DNA from: Oculina patagonica
Lineage: Eukaryota
Direction of reading: 5' to 3'
DNA length: 64,000 bases
Assembly: GCF_052425735.1 (NCBI RefSeq)
Contig: NC_135765.1
Location: forward strand, 11,780,001 to 11,844,000
The notes beneath the pieces are model-generated. The model saw only the letters and a list, made by a program, of their open reading frames with translations, did not search any database and had not been told where the DNA came from. Of the stretch, positions 48,495 through 59,861 are shown in pieces; the first letter of the stretch is position 1, and every line of letters begins with the position of its first letter. The position numbers and the translations under genes were made by a program.

Positions 48495-50189
48495 TTACCA
48501 GTTTTTAGGTTTAAAGTCCTTTAAAAAGACCGCAAAGTATGGTGAATTGTTCGGGTTTAGTCCATGAACAATTGGGTGGTAAACCCTGGCGGCTCCATCC
48601 TGGCAGTCCAGAGGCGGGATGAATCCTTTCATGTCTGCCTCATGCTGAGCTTGATGGAACGGTCGTTCGTCAGTGACCCAGCCGGTGTCAACAGCCGTCA
48701 TGTAGATTCCGTCCATCTGATACTCCAATCCGCTTGTTCGTGTCATCATATTCAATGCAGCTTTGGCCATATTGGTGTGCGGGTGCCGGTGACCTTTCGA
48801 AAAACGCGAGAATTGCCCTTCCATTGCGGACACGTTCACGACGAATTTACGCAGAAATGGACTTTGTTTCAACAGTGGTTTGAGTTTCGCAGTCAAGATA
48901 AACGGGCCAACTGTATTGACAGTCAGAACCTGGAGAAGTTCCTCCAATGGGACCTCATCCAGATTATATGTCCAACTGTTCCTCAAACGGGTATCTAGTT
49001 GCTCACCATGTTCGTCTTTCATTCCCTCTGGAAAATCACCCGAATTCGTTTTTCCATAGTTTTTCCAGGGGAGAGATCGACATGGTGTAGAAGTGACCGA
49101 GTGGAATTGGTCTAATGCTTGAGTCTTGTTGACAATCAGATTGTTCGCATCTTTTGTCAAGTTTTGCAGGTGCTTCACTTCGTCTGAGACCAGTGATGCA
49201 TAATATTGAAATGGCCGAGAGATTGTTTGTGCAGCATTATTGATTAAAATATCCAAATGCGGGATGTTTTGGTGAACATACTCAAGAAACTCGTTGATGG
49301 ATCGCATATCTTGAAGATCCAGTCGGGCGATTTTCAGCCGATGTTTCCAAACACTGAAATCTTTCTCGTTGCTAAATCGCTCCACAGCATTGACCGGAAA
49401 TCGGGTTGTGACAATAACAAAACATTCGTCTCGTAACAAGCGGACGGCAGTTTCGTAACCAATCTTGATTCGACCTCCAGTCACAATAGCGTACCTTCCT
49501 TTCAAATCGCACGAGACTTTCTTCATGTCACCGTTCAGACCATGACAGTTGTCGCAGATGCTATCAAAGCAACCTTCGGAATTGCACATGTAGCACTTTT
49601 TGCTTGGGCTGTTATGTGTAGTCATTCGTTTCAACGCTTTGAAGACCTTTTTGCCAGGCCGACGTTTATCGCTATATGCCCCGGCAGGTAATGCCACGAC
49701 AGATCCAACCGGGATATTGTCATCTTTTCGTTTTCTCTTCATTGAATTGTTCAGTTGATCTGTTCCGTTCAAAAGCCCTGGATGAGCATTCAACAAACGA
49801 TCCATATCGAGAAGACTTTTTCCGAAATTCATGACGTCGATACCAGTTTTTAAAGCATCAGATACAGGCACCGATTGTTCTTGCGTAGACAGTTTCAAAA
49901 TTGCGTGATTTCCTTGCGACACTTGGCCATTTTCTTTAAATATTTTGCCAAGCCGTTCCTTGATCTCGATAAATTTCCCACGGCGGCAGTTTATCAAAAC
50001 ATGCGACACTTTCGCGTGTTGAAGTAACCGGCAAAGTGATGGTAAATTAGCTAAAATAACTTCTGGTTGTAAAGTTCGACAATCCAGTATGTACCTGTCA
50101 TATTCGGTAAACGTTTCTGTCGAAGCGAGGTCCGCTAATGCTGCCACCACAACAGATTTATAACGACGACCTTCGTGAGTCAATTCCAT
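48495..50189 (-). CDS. Atypical short-chain dehydrogenase/reductase (SDR) with CxxC-CxxC motif, microbial-type, intronless
   Basis: 564-aa ORF: CYMC...CDNC, DLKGRYAIVTGGRIKIG, TTRFP, LDILINNAAQT, RNSW, VNVSAMEGQF, HPHTNMAKAALNMMTRT, VDTGWVTDE, PLDCQDGAARV. TATA-like GTATAAAA about 95 bp upstream. Confidence 0.9.
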   Translation of the reverse strand: MELTHEGRRYKSVVVAALADLASTETFTEYDRYILDCRTLQPEVILANLPSLCRLLQHAKVSHVLINCRRGKFIEIKERLGKIFKENGQVSQGNHAILKLSTQEQSVPVSDALKTGIDVMNFGKSLLDMDRLLNAHPGLLNGTDQLNNSMKRKRKDDNIPVGSVVALPAGAYSDKRRPGKKVFKALKRMTTHNSPSKKCYMCNSEGCFDSICDNCHGLNGDMKKVSCDLKGRYAIVTGGRIKIGYETAVRLLRDECFVIVTTRFPVNAVERFSNEKDFSVWKHRLKIARLDLQDMRSINEFLEYVHQNIPHLDILINNAAQTISRPFQYYASLVSDEVKHLQNLTKDANNLIVNKTQALDQFHSVTSTPCRSLPWKNYGKTNSGDFPEGMKDEHGEQLDTRLRNSWTYNLDEVPLEELLQVLTVNTVGPFILTAKLKPLLKQSPFLRKFVVNVSAMEGQFSRFSKGHRHPHTNMAKAALNMMTRTSGLEYQMDGIYMTAVDTGWVTDERPFHQAQHEADMKGFIPPLDCQDGAARVYHPIVHGLNPNNSPYFAVFLKDFKPKNW

Positions 50190-50282
50190 TTTGTTGATAT
50201 TTTCAGATAACAGATACCATAAGGATCTTCAGAAAGAGGACTTCTGTTGTGATATATGGTAGAAGTGCAGTGTGGTAACCGG

Positions 50283-50290
50283 TTTTATAC
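50283..50290 (-). promoter_or_regulatory. Putative TATA box of the SDR gene
   Basis: GTATAAAA on the minus strand about 95 bp upstream of the SDR ATG, compatible with a 5'UTR of about 70 nt. Confidence 0.45.
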
Positions 50291-51245
50291 GAAGAATTAT
50301 TGCCGAGTTCTGCTTGCTGGTTGCATCAGCCATTTAAATGAATGATGTTATCATGTCACGCCTGTATTTGAGCCAAATTTAGACAAAAGAAAATATCCAT
50401 CAAATTGAGTGAAATAAAAGAATTATCACGTGAAAAAACATATCAGATACACAGCAAATACAGAAGAAGGCACGAACAGACAACAAGCGAAGAGAATTAA
50501 AACAGATCGATTGCGATACGGAGTTTTGAAAAACTGTTTTTAAAACAGCTTTCATCTGAAGTCTACCTGATTTGTCTATTAATTCGATTAGTTTTAAATA
50601 CGCTTGGGGAACATGTTTGTCTGTAATAAAACTATGGTTTTGCCGCCTTAGATCGACAGACGAAATTGCTTCGCTAATATTAAGTTTTATAGCGAGTATT
50701 TGGCAAAACTTAATAAAAACATTATCGACTAAACTCAGCCGTGACACAGTCCTTGAATTGGAAATAGGTTTCTAGGGGGATTCCCACAGTGGGATACATA
50801 ACCGCGGGTTTTAAAAGTCTGACTGACAGATGTATAAATAAACGTAAAAGCCAGAGTTTTTCCCGGAAACCATATAACGGAAAAAAGAGTTTAACTTAAA
50901 GGCGAAAAGGACGAAATATCTCGAGTGGGAGAGAGAAAGCCGGCGTGACATAGTCTTGCGCTGAGCGATATGCAGATCTCTGACAATCCGCCTTCATGTA
51001 AATTTCTTGTTTATTGGTTCGACTTGTTTGATTCTCTCGTCTTTTCTTCAAGCTGTGGAGAATGTACCTGTATATGCTATTATAACTACAGTGAGACGTA
51101 ATACACTATTTTCAAATGGACTATGTGACGATAAACCTCATCTTTTCTAACGACGTACAAATTATCTTTGTTTGCGTGACTTACCGAACACGCATCTTAA
51201 GTTTTTCATTTTTGTATTTGATAAAGGGAAAAAGAGAGAATTTTT

Positions 51246-51277
<32 letters not shown>

Positions 51278-52065
51278 CACTGTCAGTAATACAGATCTAA
51301 TTGTATCAATTATCCCTTGGAAAAAGGCTTGCCTTGGGGCTCCAAAAGCTTGTGAAAGCTAACAAACTTAATTCTGTTTGGTATCTCCGATATTTAGCAA
51401 GATTTCAACAGAGTTGCGAAACAATATCTTCACTCGTACTATTCCCCTATTAAATAATTGTTATACGATTCACAAAACTCCAAAGTCTTTTTTTTTTTTT
51501 TTTCAGTGCTAGAGATGAAGTCATACCGATTCATTCCCTGGTTCCAGACGTTTTTTTCTTGTTTTTAATTTTTAATCAAATTTGGTATGAAGTAGAAGAG
51601 AGACAGGGAAACGGGAAAACATCTAATAATGTACACTAATGTAAAAAAAAAATGATTTATAAAACAGTAAATAAAATAAAGCGCTCAACAAGCTTTCCAA
51701 TTTAATGTAGAATTGCTTGAAAAATCTTCTAGATGCGGTTTTCCATGACGTTTCCCGTTTAAATCAGTTCAAAGTAAATAAAAGGAGCAGCGTATTACTA
51801 AAACAGATGAGAATTGCGTGACATGCAGTTGCCAAGGTCTTCAATATTAGGCTTGACTCCTGACTAGCTTATAATTAGACAGGCTTGTAGTTTTATAATA
51901 TATAAATTTCTATTAGAATGCAATAATTGCTGGGCTCTGTAAAACCCAGCACACCTTCAGAAACACCCAAAAATTATAAGTATATATTAATATAAATAAT
52001 AATAAAAACGTTGAAATACCAAATAAGGCTCTTTCATTTTAATTTTGACTGGTTCTTCTCTTGAT

Positions 52066-52235
52066 GAGAAGTATCCTGGATTCTCCTTACCCTTGCTCAG
52101 AGAAGTTTCCTGGACTTTCCCTCCTTGTTGGGAGAAGTTATCCTAACTCTCCCTCCCCTCCCTCCCCATGGGAGAAGTTATCTTGGACTCTCCCTACCCC
52201 CGCCTGGGAAAAGTTATGCTAGAATTCCCCTGTTC
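52066..52235 (+). repeat. Degenerate minisatellite, about 5 copies of a ~33-40 bp unit (GAGAAGTTATCCTGGACTCTCCCT...)
   Basis: Repeated GAGAAGT(T)ATCCT units separated by C-rich tracts. Confidence 0.7.
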
Positions 52236-53699
52236 CCACCCTAGCCCCATATGGGGTAGATAGACGGTTCAGGGACTGGTCTAACTCCTTTCTGTAGAAC
52301 GAATCTTTAGGTAGTTTTCTGTTATTTCAACCTCGTTCCCAGGGCTTTTCCTGCGAAAAGCGGGATTTACAAAGGAGTCAAGGTTACATATCGTTCGATG
52401 AATGCTGATATCGCACCGTTCTTGTAGTGGAAGTGACTCTTTCAAGATAAAAATAGAACAATTTACTGCTAGCAACAAGTAAACTTAAATTGAAGCTCTT
52501 TAATTTATTTTGTATGTCATAAATGTACTGTTTAATATAAAATCACGAGCTAAAAACTAACGTGTAATACTCTGATTTGGCTTTTGTGAACAAAACCTCC
52601 CATATCAGACTGTCGGTACTTGTCGGCGGACAGTCGGCCAACAGCTTACCGACAGTTTGCCTAAGTACACACAAGTCCTATACTTTAACTTGTATTTTTT
52701 TTCTCTTGTGGAGCCTTGAATAGCAATTATAAAACCGAAAAGTTATAATTCTAGTACGCATGCCTACATACGCACAAGGTTTCGGCTTTGAGCTTTTGGC
52801 TGCCCATGCGTTAGTTTGAGACCTCGCGAAGGGAGGGCCTCAATGTAGGTTGGACACCATATAATTTCGAATGAGTCCATTTTTACCGCAGAAGAAGAGT
52901 GGTATCCATCTAGTGTTTGTCGCCATGTTCATATTAAGCACTTTTAAAATAACAAGGAAACAATATTATTGCAGAATAACGAAACAATATTATACTTTTA
53001 TAGAGTGACAATAGCCGGTCCATTCTCTCGCACAAATCGTGCTGCTAACTTTGACTTAATGCATCTTCTCCCATTTTATAGTGATTTTTTTTCGACCTGT
53101 AATCTTCACTTTAGTTTTGACTTAAGCCTTTGTGTTTTGTAAGGCTCTTTCTGAAACCTCTGGGCTTAACAAAGTGTTTGCTTATAAAACAATGTTATCA
53201 GTTTTATCACACTAATTGATAGTGGACCACATGGCGTGCAATGTGATCACGAATTGAAAGAATGGCCAGTTCGTTACATCACGCTTGCACCCTATCTCGA
53301 TTACTTTTTCTGAGTTATTTTTAAAGGATAGCGGTAAAGCGTAAATTACACGTATTTTACCATTCTTTACTCAAATTGAGTTTTAAACTTTAAATTTTTG
53401 GGCAGACAGCATTGAAGCAGATATGACAGTGTGGTTTTACGGTGCCTGCTCTTGGCTCCCTCGGAATGTAATTTGCTGTCTGAAGTTTGACAGCGATATA
53501 ACATTTATATTCATGAATCACATATTATTCATCGTGGTTTCCATTCAATCATCTCACTGAGTGATATTTCATGGCTGAGTAGCTTTGCCGAGAACACTCT
53601 GCTTGTCAGCTCGGAACCCTCGATTAAAAAGTCCCCCTTTTTTTTGGTTATTTAGTTCAAATTAAAAGTCTCGGAGTGCAAGTGGAAGAGCTCGCGACG

Positions 53700-56600
53700 A
53701 TGGTGAAATTCTTAATCCTGTTGTTGTTAGCTGTCCACATGTGTAGGGCTCAAGGTTAGTAAGCTATTTAGTATACAAGTAGAGAGTTTGTTATGGGTTA
53801 ATTATCATGTATATAGCTGGCTGCCTACAGAATCTTTAGTTAGCAATTCATTTCAGATTTCCCGGCCAAGACAAGTGCAACGCAGGTTCGAGTTTACTAG
53901 CGAGATTCTAACATCTCTCACTGTAATTATGATTCATCTATTCTAGTTGACGAGACAGGCTGGGAATTATGAAACAAAGGGGTGTTTCCCGTCGGTGCGA
54001 TTTACTTTACATATAAAACAGCATAAAAGGTGACATCAATTCCCTTAATGAACACGTGCTGTTTTTGTTATAAAATTATGTCTCCAAACCAGATGGGTCT
54101 CGTAATAGGATAAGCCCTTTCGCGTAAACTGGCCGCCATTTTCAATTGAGGCAAAGGCGGAGCAAAATACAGTGTTTGTAAGGGCAAAAGCCCGAATTCA
54201 CTGTCGAATGAATTATATATGAATTATATTTAAATTATATATCAATATTGTACGCTAAACTAAAACCGTCTGAAAGATTTTGCGTTTCAGATTTGAAAGC
54301 TGTAGATTGGCTGGAAGTTGGATAATCACATTTTTGAATTTCCATAGATCTGTTTATAAAAACTCACCGCGGAAAAAATTGCAGACAAATATAGGTAAAA
54401 ATTCCAAACTTTATTGTTTTATGGAATCAAGAGCCTGCAAGTTATGAGCTTACTAAGAAACTTTTTTTCCGGAGTGGTCGGTTTTTATAGACTTTAAATT
54501 TAAATGGTAATAATTTGCAATTAGCTATAGGACTTGCTAGGACTCTTACACAAACTTTTGAAAATCGAGAACAGGCATTTAATGTTGTGGACTTGTACGT
54601 GGACTTGAGGACTTGAGGACTTGAGATCAGCAGCCTCGTGTTCTTCGAACTGGAACAGACCCCATCTTACAATATCAAATTCCAGTCCCTCTTCTTTGCT
54701 TTCTAATATAACGAGTCGTGTTTATACACAATCCTATACGGTTAATGACTGTAGAATAAAATGAAGCGTTCGACTTTTAAAGCTTTCATTTGAAACCTGG
54801 AATGATTCCATGCATCCAACCTTAAGGTGATTTCTTAATATTGCATCTCGCATCCTAGCTTGCTGCGCATAATTTTACGTGTAATTAGCGTGCGCGTATT
54901 AAGAAAATGGCGGCTTTTTCTTTGCAGCTTGGCTCCCGGAGAGATTAATCGCCGTTTTCTCGTAAACGAGTATGCATGGAAACCTATCAATACGTTTATG
55001 ATGCAAAATCAACGGGGAAAACTGAATAAGGATTAATGCGCCCCTCGTCACTTTGATTTCTTCCCGTGCCATACTCAGAAAACTTCGGAAAAAATAGAGA
55101 CTACTCCAAGGTTTTCAGATGAAACCAGGGTGTAACAGTATAGCATGAGATTGTTTGTATCAGCGTCTCATTTCTCCTCACAATATCAACACAAAGTCAA
55201 GTGTGCTAGTTACGAGAAGAAAGGAACTGATCATGACCAATACGGATTGTGTTTATATACAGTCAATATACCCTCCCAAATTCTACTATAAGTAAGGAAC
55301 AGAGAGCCACCATGATAATTTCTAAGCAATCATATCTGTTTTGTTTCCAAAGATCCGGGTATATTCCAGTTTGAAGCTGTGCAAATAAGAGAGTCAGAGG
55401 ACTTAGGGGTCGCAACTGTCGTGATAGTGAACACTGGCAATACAGCAGTGTCGGCCACTGTAAGGTAAGGAAACTGAGCTCGAAATATAAATATACTGTA
55501 AAATTCCGGTCATAAGCTCCCCCCGCTTTTAAGACCCTCCTGGTTATAGACCCAACTATATACCTGAAAAAAAAAACAAAAAAAAAATACACCCGGTTAT
55601 AAGCCCACCCAGTTATAAGCATCACCTCTGCTAGATGACAGTACTAAACAGAGCTAAATGTTGCTTTTTATGACTTTTTAACTTAAACACGTATTTCGAT
55701 CAACACTGCCGTTGCTTCAGTGTTTTGAAACTTTTTTTATTCCGCCTATAAGGCCCCCCCGAATATAAGCCCCTCCGTTGTTAAAGCCCACTCAAAGCCC
55801 CTTACGAAGTTTTATAAGCCCAGGGCTCTTAACCAGAATTTTACGATTTTTATCAGCTTCAAAAAGGGAAAATTAATGATTTTTTCCGCGGATAGAATTA
55901 CATTACAAAGTAAATCTATCTGGAAGCGTGCATGTTCAGCCTATCAGATTCCTTAATTAGCCAAGGCCCGGTTAAAATAAATCAGAGGTAACCAAATTAA
56001 ATTGTACTATAAGTGTAAGAGTCTGTACGGACCTTAGATGCGATCGAAAATTATTTTAGTTTTCCTTTCAAAAATTGTAAAGTAAAGTGAATAAAGGCAA
56101 AAAACTCACCTGTTGTCTTTTGTTGCTTCTCGAAAGCGTTTTGGACGAGTTTCTTCTAAACGGTTGAAGATGTAACGCACGCGTACTTGAAGAACGAAAC
56201 TCGGCTCTATCCCGTCTCGGCAATTCTGTCACGGGTTCGAACTAAAACGGCATCCCGGAGCCTTCTTGAAGCGATAAAACACAGAAAAAGACAATGAAGA
56301 CTGAGGTTTTTAACAACTTTCTCACTTTATTTACAACATTTTCGGAGACAAAAAGTGAGGTCTTTTCCCGATCGAATTTCAGATAATTATAAATATAGCC
56401 TTTATAGGATGGTATGCTTTTTAAAAGATTTCACGGGGCTTGATGGAGGAGGACCAGTTTGAGGGTGGGGTAGTTGGGGGGAGGGAGGGAGGAAGGGAGG
56501 GTGGGGTTGCTTTGTGGTGAGAGAGTAGTGGACTCTTGTTAACGATTTTGTCCCTTCGGTTAAAAACAGTAACCTTGTTCGTTAATTTTCCTTTAGCCTT

Positions 56601-56854
56601 AGTACTGCTGATTCAACTGCCACAGGCGGAAGTGACTTCGTCCCATTATCTGGTGAATTAGTAACATTCACGTCAGGGGAAGCGAGGAAAGAAGTTGCCA
56701 TTCCTATTATAGATGATGATGTGGTTGACAGACGAAGAGTCATTTACAGTCAACCTGCAGCTACACGGTCCTTCTCGTCCAAGTGCCGCACTAGGAGAAA
56801 GGACAACATTGACGGTCATAATCGAGGATAATGATGGAGTGCAGCCAACGAAGG
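53700..56854 (+). pseudogene. Signal peptide plus Calx-beta domain unit with a frameshift (pseudogene or assembly error); downstream exons not found
   Basis: Exons 53700-53754 (MVKFLILLLLAVHMCRAQ), 55353-55464 (DPGIFQFEAVQIRESEDLGVATVVIVNTGNTAVSATVS) and 56597-56854 (LSTADSTATGGSDF...VTFTSGEARKEVAIPIIDDDVV / frame change near 56728 / DEESFTVNL...LGERTTLTVIIEDND). The Calx-beta consensus is clear on both sides of the shift. Confidence 0.7.
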
Positions 56855-57503
56855 GTCTGTTGTTAGGCTATTGAAACATTATCTAGGGCTGTTTACATGA
56901 TTCGGATATTTTTTGTGTTGGTCAACACTATGTATCGCGTCAGAATCTTCCCCTGAAACCTTACCCTGGCAAGCTCTGGCAGCCTTTTGTCAACCCCCTG
57001 TCCCGATTGAGCTCGGCAACTTTTGAGCAACCTTTGTCGTTTGGAGCAACTTTTTGCGGTTTTGCATTTCCGAGCACGTTTTGCCTTTCTGAGCTATTTT
57101 TGAGCAAAATATAGGTTTAGAGCATATATCAAGTACAAAAAAGTCAACGATTTCAAAGAAAACTTCAAATTATGCGAGTTTCTTGAATGTTTGTTAGCCT
57201 TTTGAACACACAACACACTTAACAGCGTTATCCTTAACTTTCGCTCATATTTGCGAGCAACTCTTTAAAGCTCAGTTTCAAGCTATTTTTGTTGACCGAT
57301 GTTAGCAATTATTGTGAAGAACGAAAAATAAAGCTTTTAGTTAAAGTTTATATAAAAATATCAAGAAATTTTGATTATTTTTTTTTTTTTTTTAATTTTT
57401 TTTTTTTTTTTTTACCTCTTTTTTTTTTTTTTGGACAGCTTTTTTTCTTTTAAAAAGGGGCAAAATAAAAAAAAAAAAATTTAATGGAAAAAAAAAAAAG
57501 AAG

Positions 57504-57542
<39 letters not shown>

Positions 57543-57780
57543 TCCCTATGGGCCTCTTACTTCCAGTTTTCGCTTTGTCCACTATTTTGTTTTCTCTTTT
57601 CCCTTTATCTTTTCTTTTTCTTCTGCTTCTTACTTGGTGATCTAAGACGCACTGCTTGCATTCCTCCGTATGGCAAACAGCAGCCGCAAAGAACAAGAGA
57701 GTCAAAATGGCCAATGGCTACGACAGCGAGAGGGACTGGGAAACGAGAAGGAGACCGAAGCATTTGGTCAGGGCGTAGTT

Positions 57781-58111
57781 CATTCTCGTCCCCATAGCCC
57801 TTTTCGTTTCTCTTAGCCGGCGAAGCCTTAGCACGAGAAACAAAGGGCTCTGGGCACATAGGATTTTTTTTAGTAAATTCAAATATTGTTTGATTGGCTG
57901 TTTAAAACAAAGAATTCTTGAACGAAAAGTAAAAAACGCAATGGCTCTCTCATGCTTTCTTTTCTTTTTAAACATCATGATTGCATACATGAGCACCTGA
58001 AAGTCCTTGAATCTAGGACTGAAAATCTCTGTATCTCTAGAGTCCTTAGTTTTTGTGCCAAGGCCTCGCCGGCTAAGAGAAACGAAAAGGGCTATGGGAC
58101 GAGAATTAATG
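57781..58111. mobile_element. MITE with ~55-bp TIR and 9-bp TSD (MULE-like)
   Basis: CATTCTCGTCCCCATAGCCCTTTTCGTTTCTCTTAGCCGGCGA... and its reverse complement at the other end; TSD GGCGTAGTT/GGCGTAGAT. Confidence 0.75.
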
Positions 58112-59861
58112 GGCGTAGATTTATCAGCTGACGGTGCTTCTCGCTCCGTGCCCTTGTGCAATCTTGTTGGAAAAATGAAAAGAATAAAGAAGGCAAAAAT
58201 AAAAGAAAGAAAATGAAATGAAAAACACGCCAATGCGCCAGTTTGTTAAGATGGTTATCTCTGTATGCTACGGTGCCAGGATGGCCTACCAAAACTCCGT
58301 CCCCTCGGATTGTACTCGTCCTCGTTAGTCCGAACACTCGAACATATCCGAGTTTCAACCTCGGACACAATACATAATCCGAGGTCCGCAACGATACTCA
58401 GACAAGTGGTTTCCGCCGGGAACAAAGTGATGGTATGGTGACGGGCCCCGACTCCCGTGACATCAGGCAGACGAAGGCTTCGTGACATCAGGAAACGGGT
58501 GCCTGAACTAAACAAGGAAACAAACGCAAAACAGTCAGTAGGACTGCGCGTGAAGACAAATGAATATGTGGTGCCAACGTAACGCAACGAGAAGGAGGAG
58601 TACTCGAGCTAAAAGACAGGGCGCCGAGAATGCGAAGCAAGCCCACCAAGTCCGACCAACTCAGCATAGTAAGTGAAACAGCGAGCGGAGACCGTGAAGA
58701 CAAACTCACAAAGGAAAATGCCGGGCCCGGCATCAATAACATGCAGAACATTTCACGGAACATTCAGATCGTCCCGACTGAGAGCAAGAGCGAAAGCCAA
58801 AACAACCAGCACCGGAGGAGGCGCCACTCTATAACGGAACCACGCGGCGGACCCAGACGGCCACAATCTACGGCCACAACATGCCCAAGGAAGAAGGGAA
58901 GAGGCGTGTTGAAGTAAAAATCGAGTGTGGACTCGGTGTTAAAATCCAGTGTAGGTCAACAACTCGGTATCGAGGGGCATCGGGGGCGAACCAGGTCGAG
59001 CGGACAACACAATACGGAGTCGAGAGACACGAAAAAAAAATGCTCATGTCCTATATGGGCCACCGTAGTATGCATTAGAATGACCTCGAAAAGACTATCT
59101 ATAAAAAGAAGTCAAACATTTTCCCACCCTTTTAAGACATTAACATTATCGAAATTTCTGGGCCTGCTATCAGTACCGTGGTTAATACGTTTGACAGTTG
59201 TCATCTGTTCTTTGCTGCCAAATTGAATTCGTTCTGTATAAAACTAAAACTGTTTCAGCAGCGTGTAAAATCAGTGCTGCCAGTTGCAAAGGATTTGTCG
59301 AGATAACGTTGCGTGCTTTCACGGTTTCCAAACATAACTTCAATTAGCTAAAGAATCTTCCATTACTATTATTATCATCGTATTTATGCAAAATCGACCT
59401 TTTGTCGCTTCCACTGATAAAGAATCACTCCTTATAAATGCATTTGCCTCTGGGGCTAAACAAAAAAAATGCAAATTTTGAGGTGTAAAATGTCACTCCC
59501 ATGCAATTATTGCAAATCAAAACAGACGAGCAAACTTTAAAAATTTACTCGAGACAAAGCGAAATAACGACAGCCTTATAAAGGGCTTCACTGTAAACAA
59601 CGCGACCTGCAATCGCAGGGTAATAGTTTGTTCAAATAAGTCGAGATCTCGAGGCATGAATACACTTTGTTCTTCCCGACGAATAACAAAGCAATCACCG
59701 CCTTTTCAAGAGACCCAGCCAATTGTGTAGTCGTCACGCTTTGCTACATAACCAGGTGTGCGATTCCACTGGCGCGTGGTTTTGGTTGAGTCGGTCGGCG
59801 GTGAATTTGGCGGCAGCGAGCGTTGCGTTTCCAGTACGATCTTACTGATTAGCAGAACGAA

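Noticed and set aside
52066-52235. Repeat-spacer-like array resembling CRISPR
   Set aside because: Units are degenerate, the spacers are similar C-rich tracts, there are no cas genes and the context is eukaryotic; it is a minisatellite.
53857-53885. Possible micro-exon (DFPAKTSATQ) in the Calx-beta unit
   Set aside because: Its 29-nt length breaks the phase between the flanking phase-1 exons, so it is unsupported without transcripts.
57370-57540. Long poly-T/poly-A tract as a functional element
   Set aside because: The irregular homopolymers look like low-quality consensus, and no structure can be supported.
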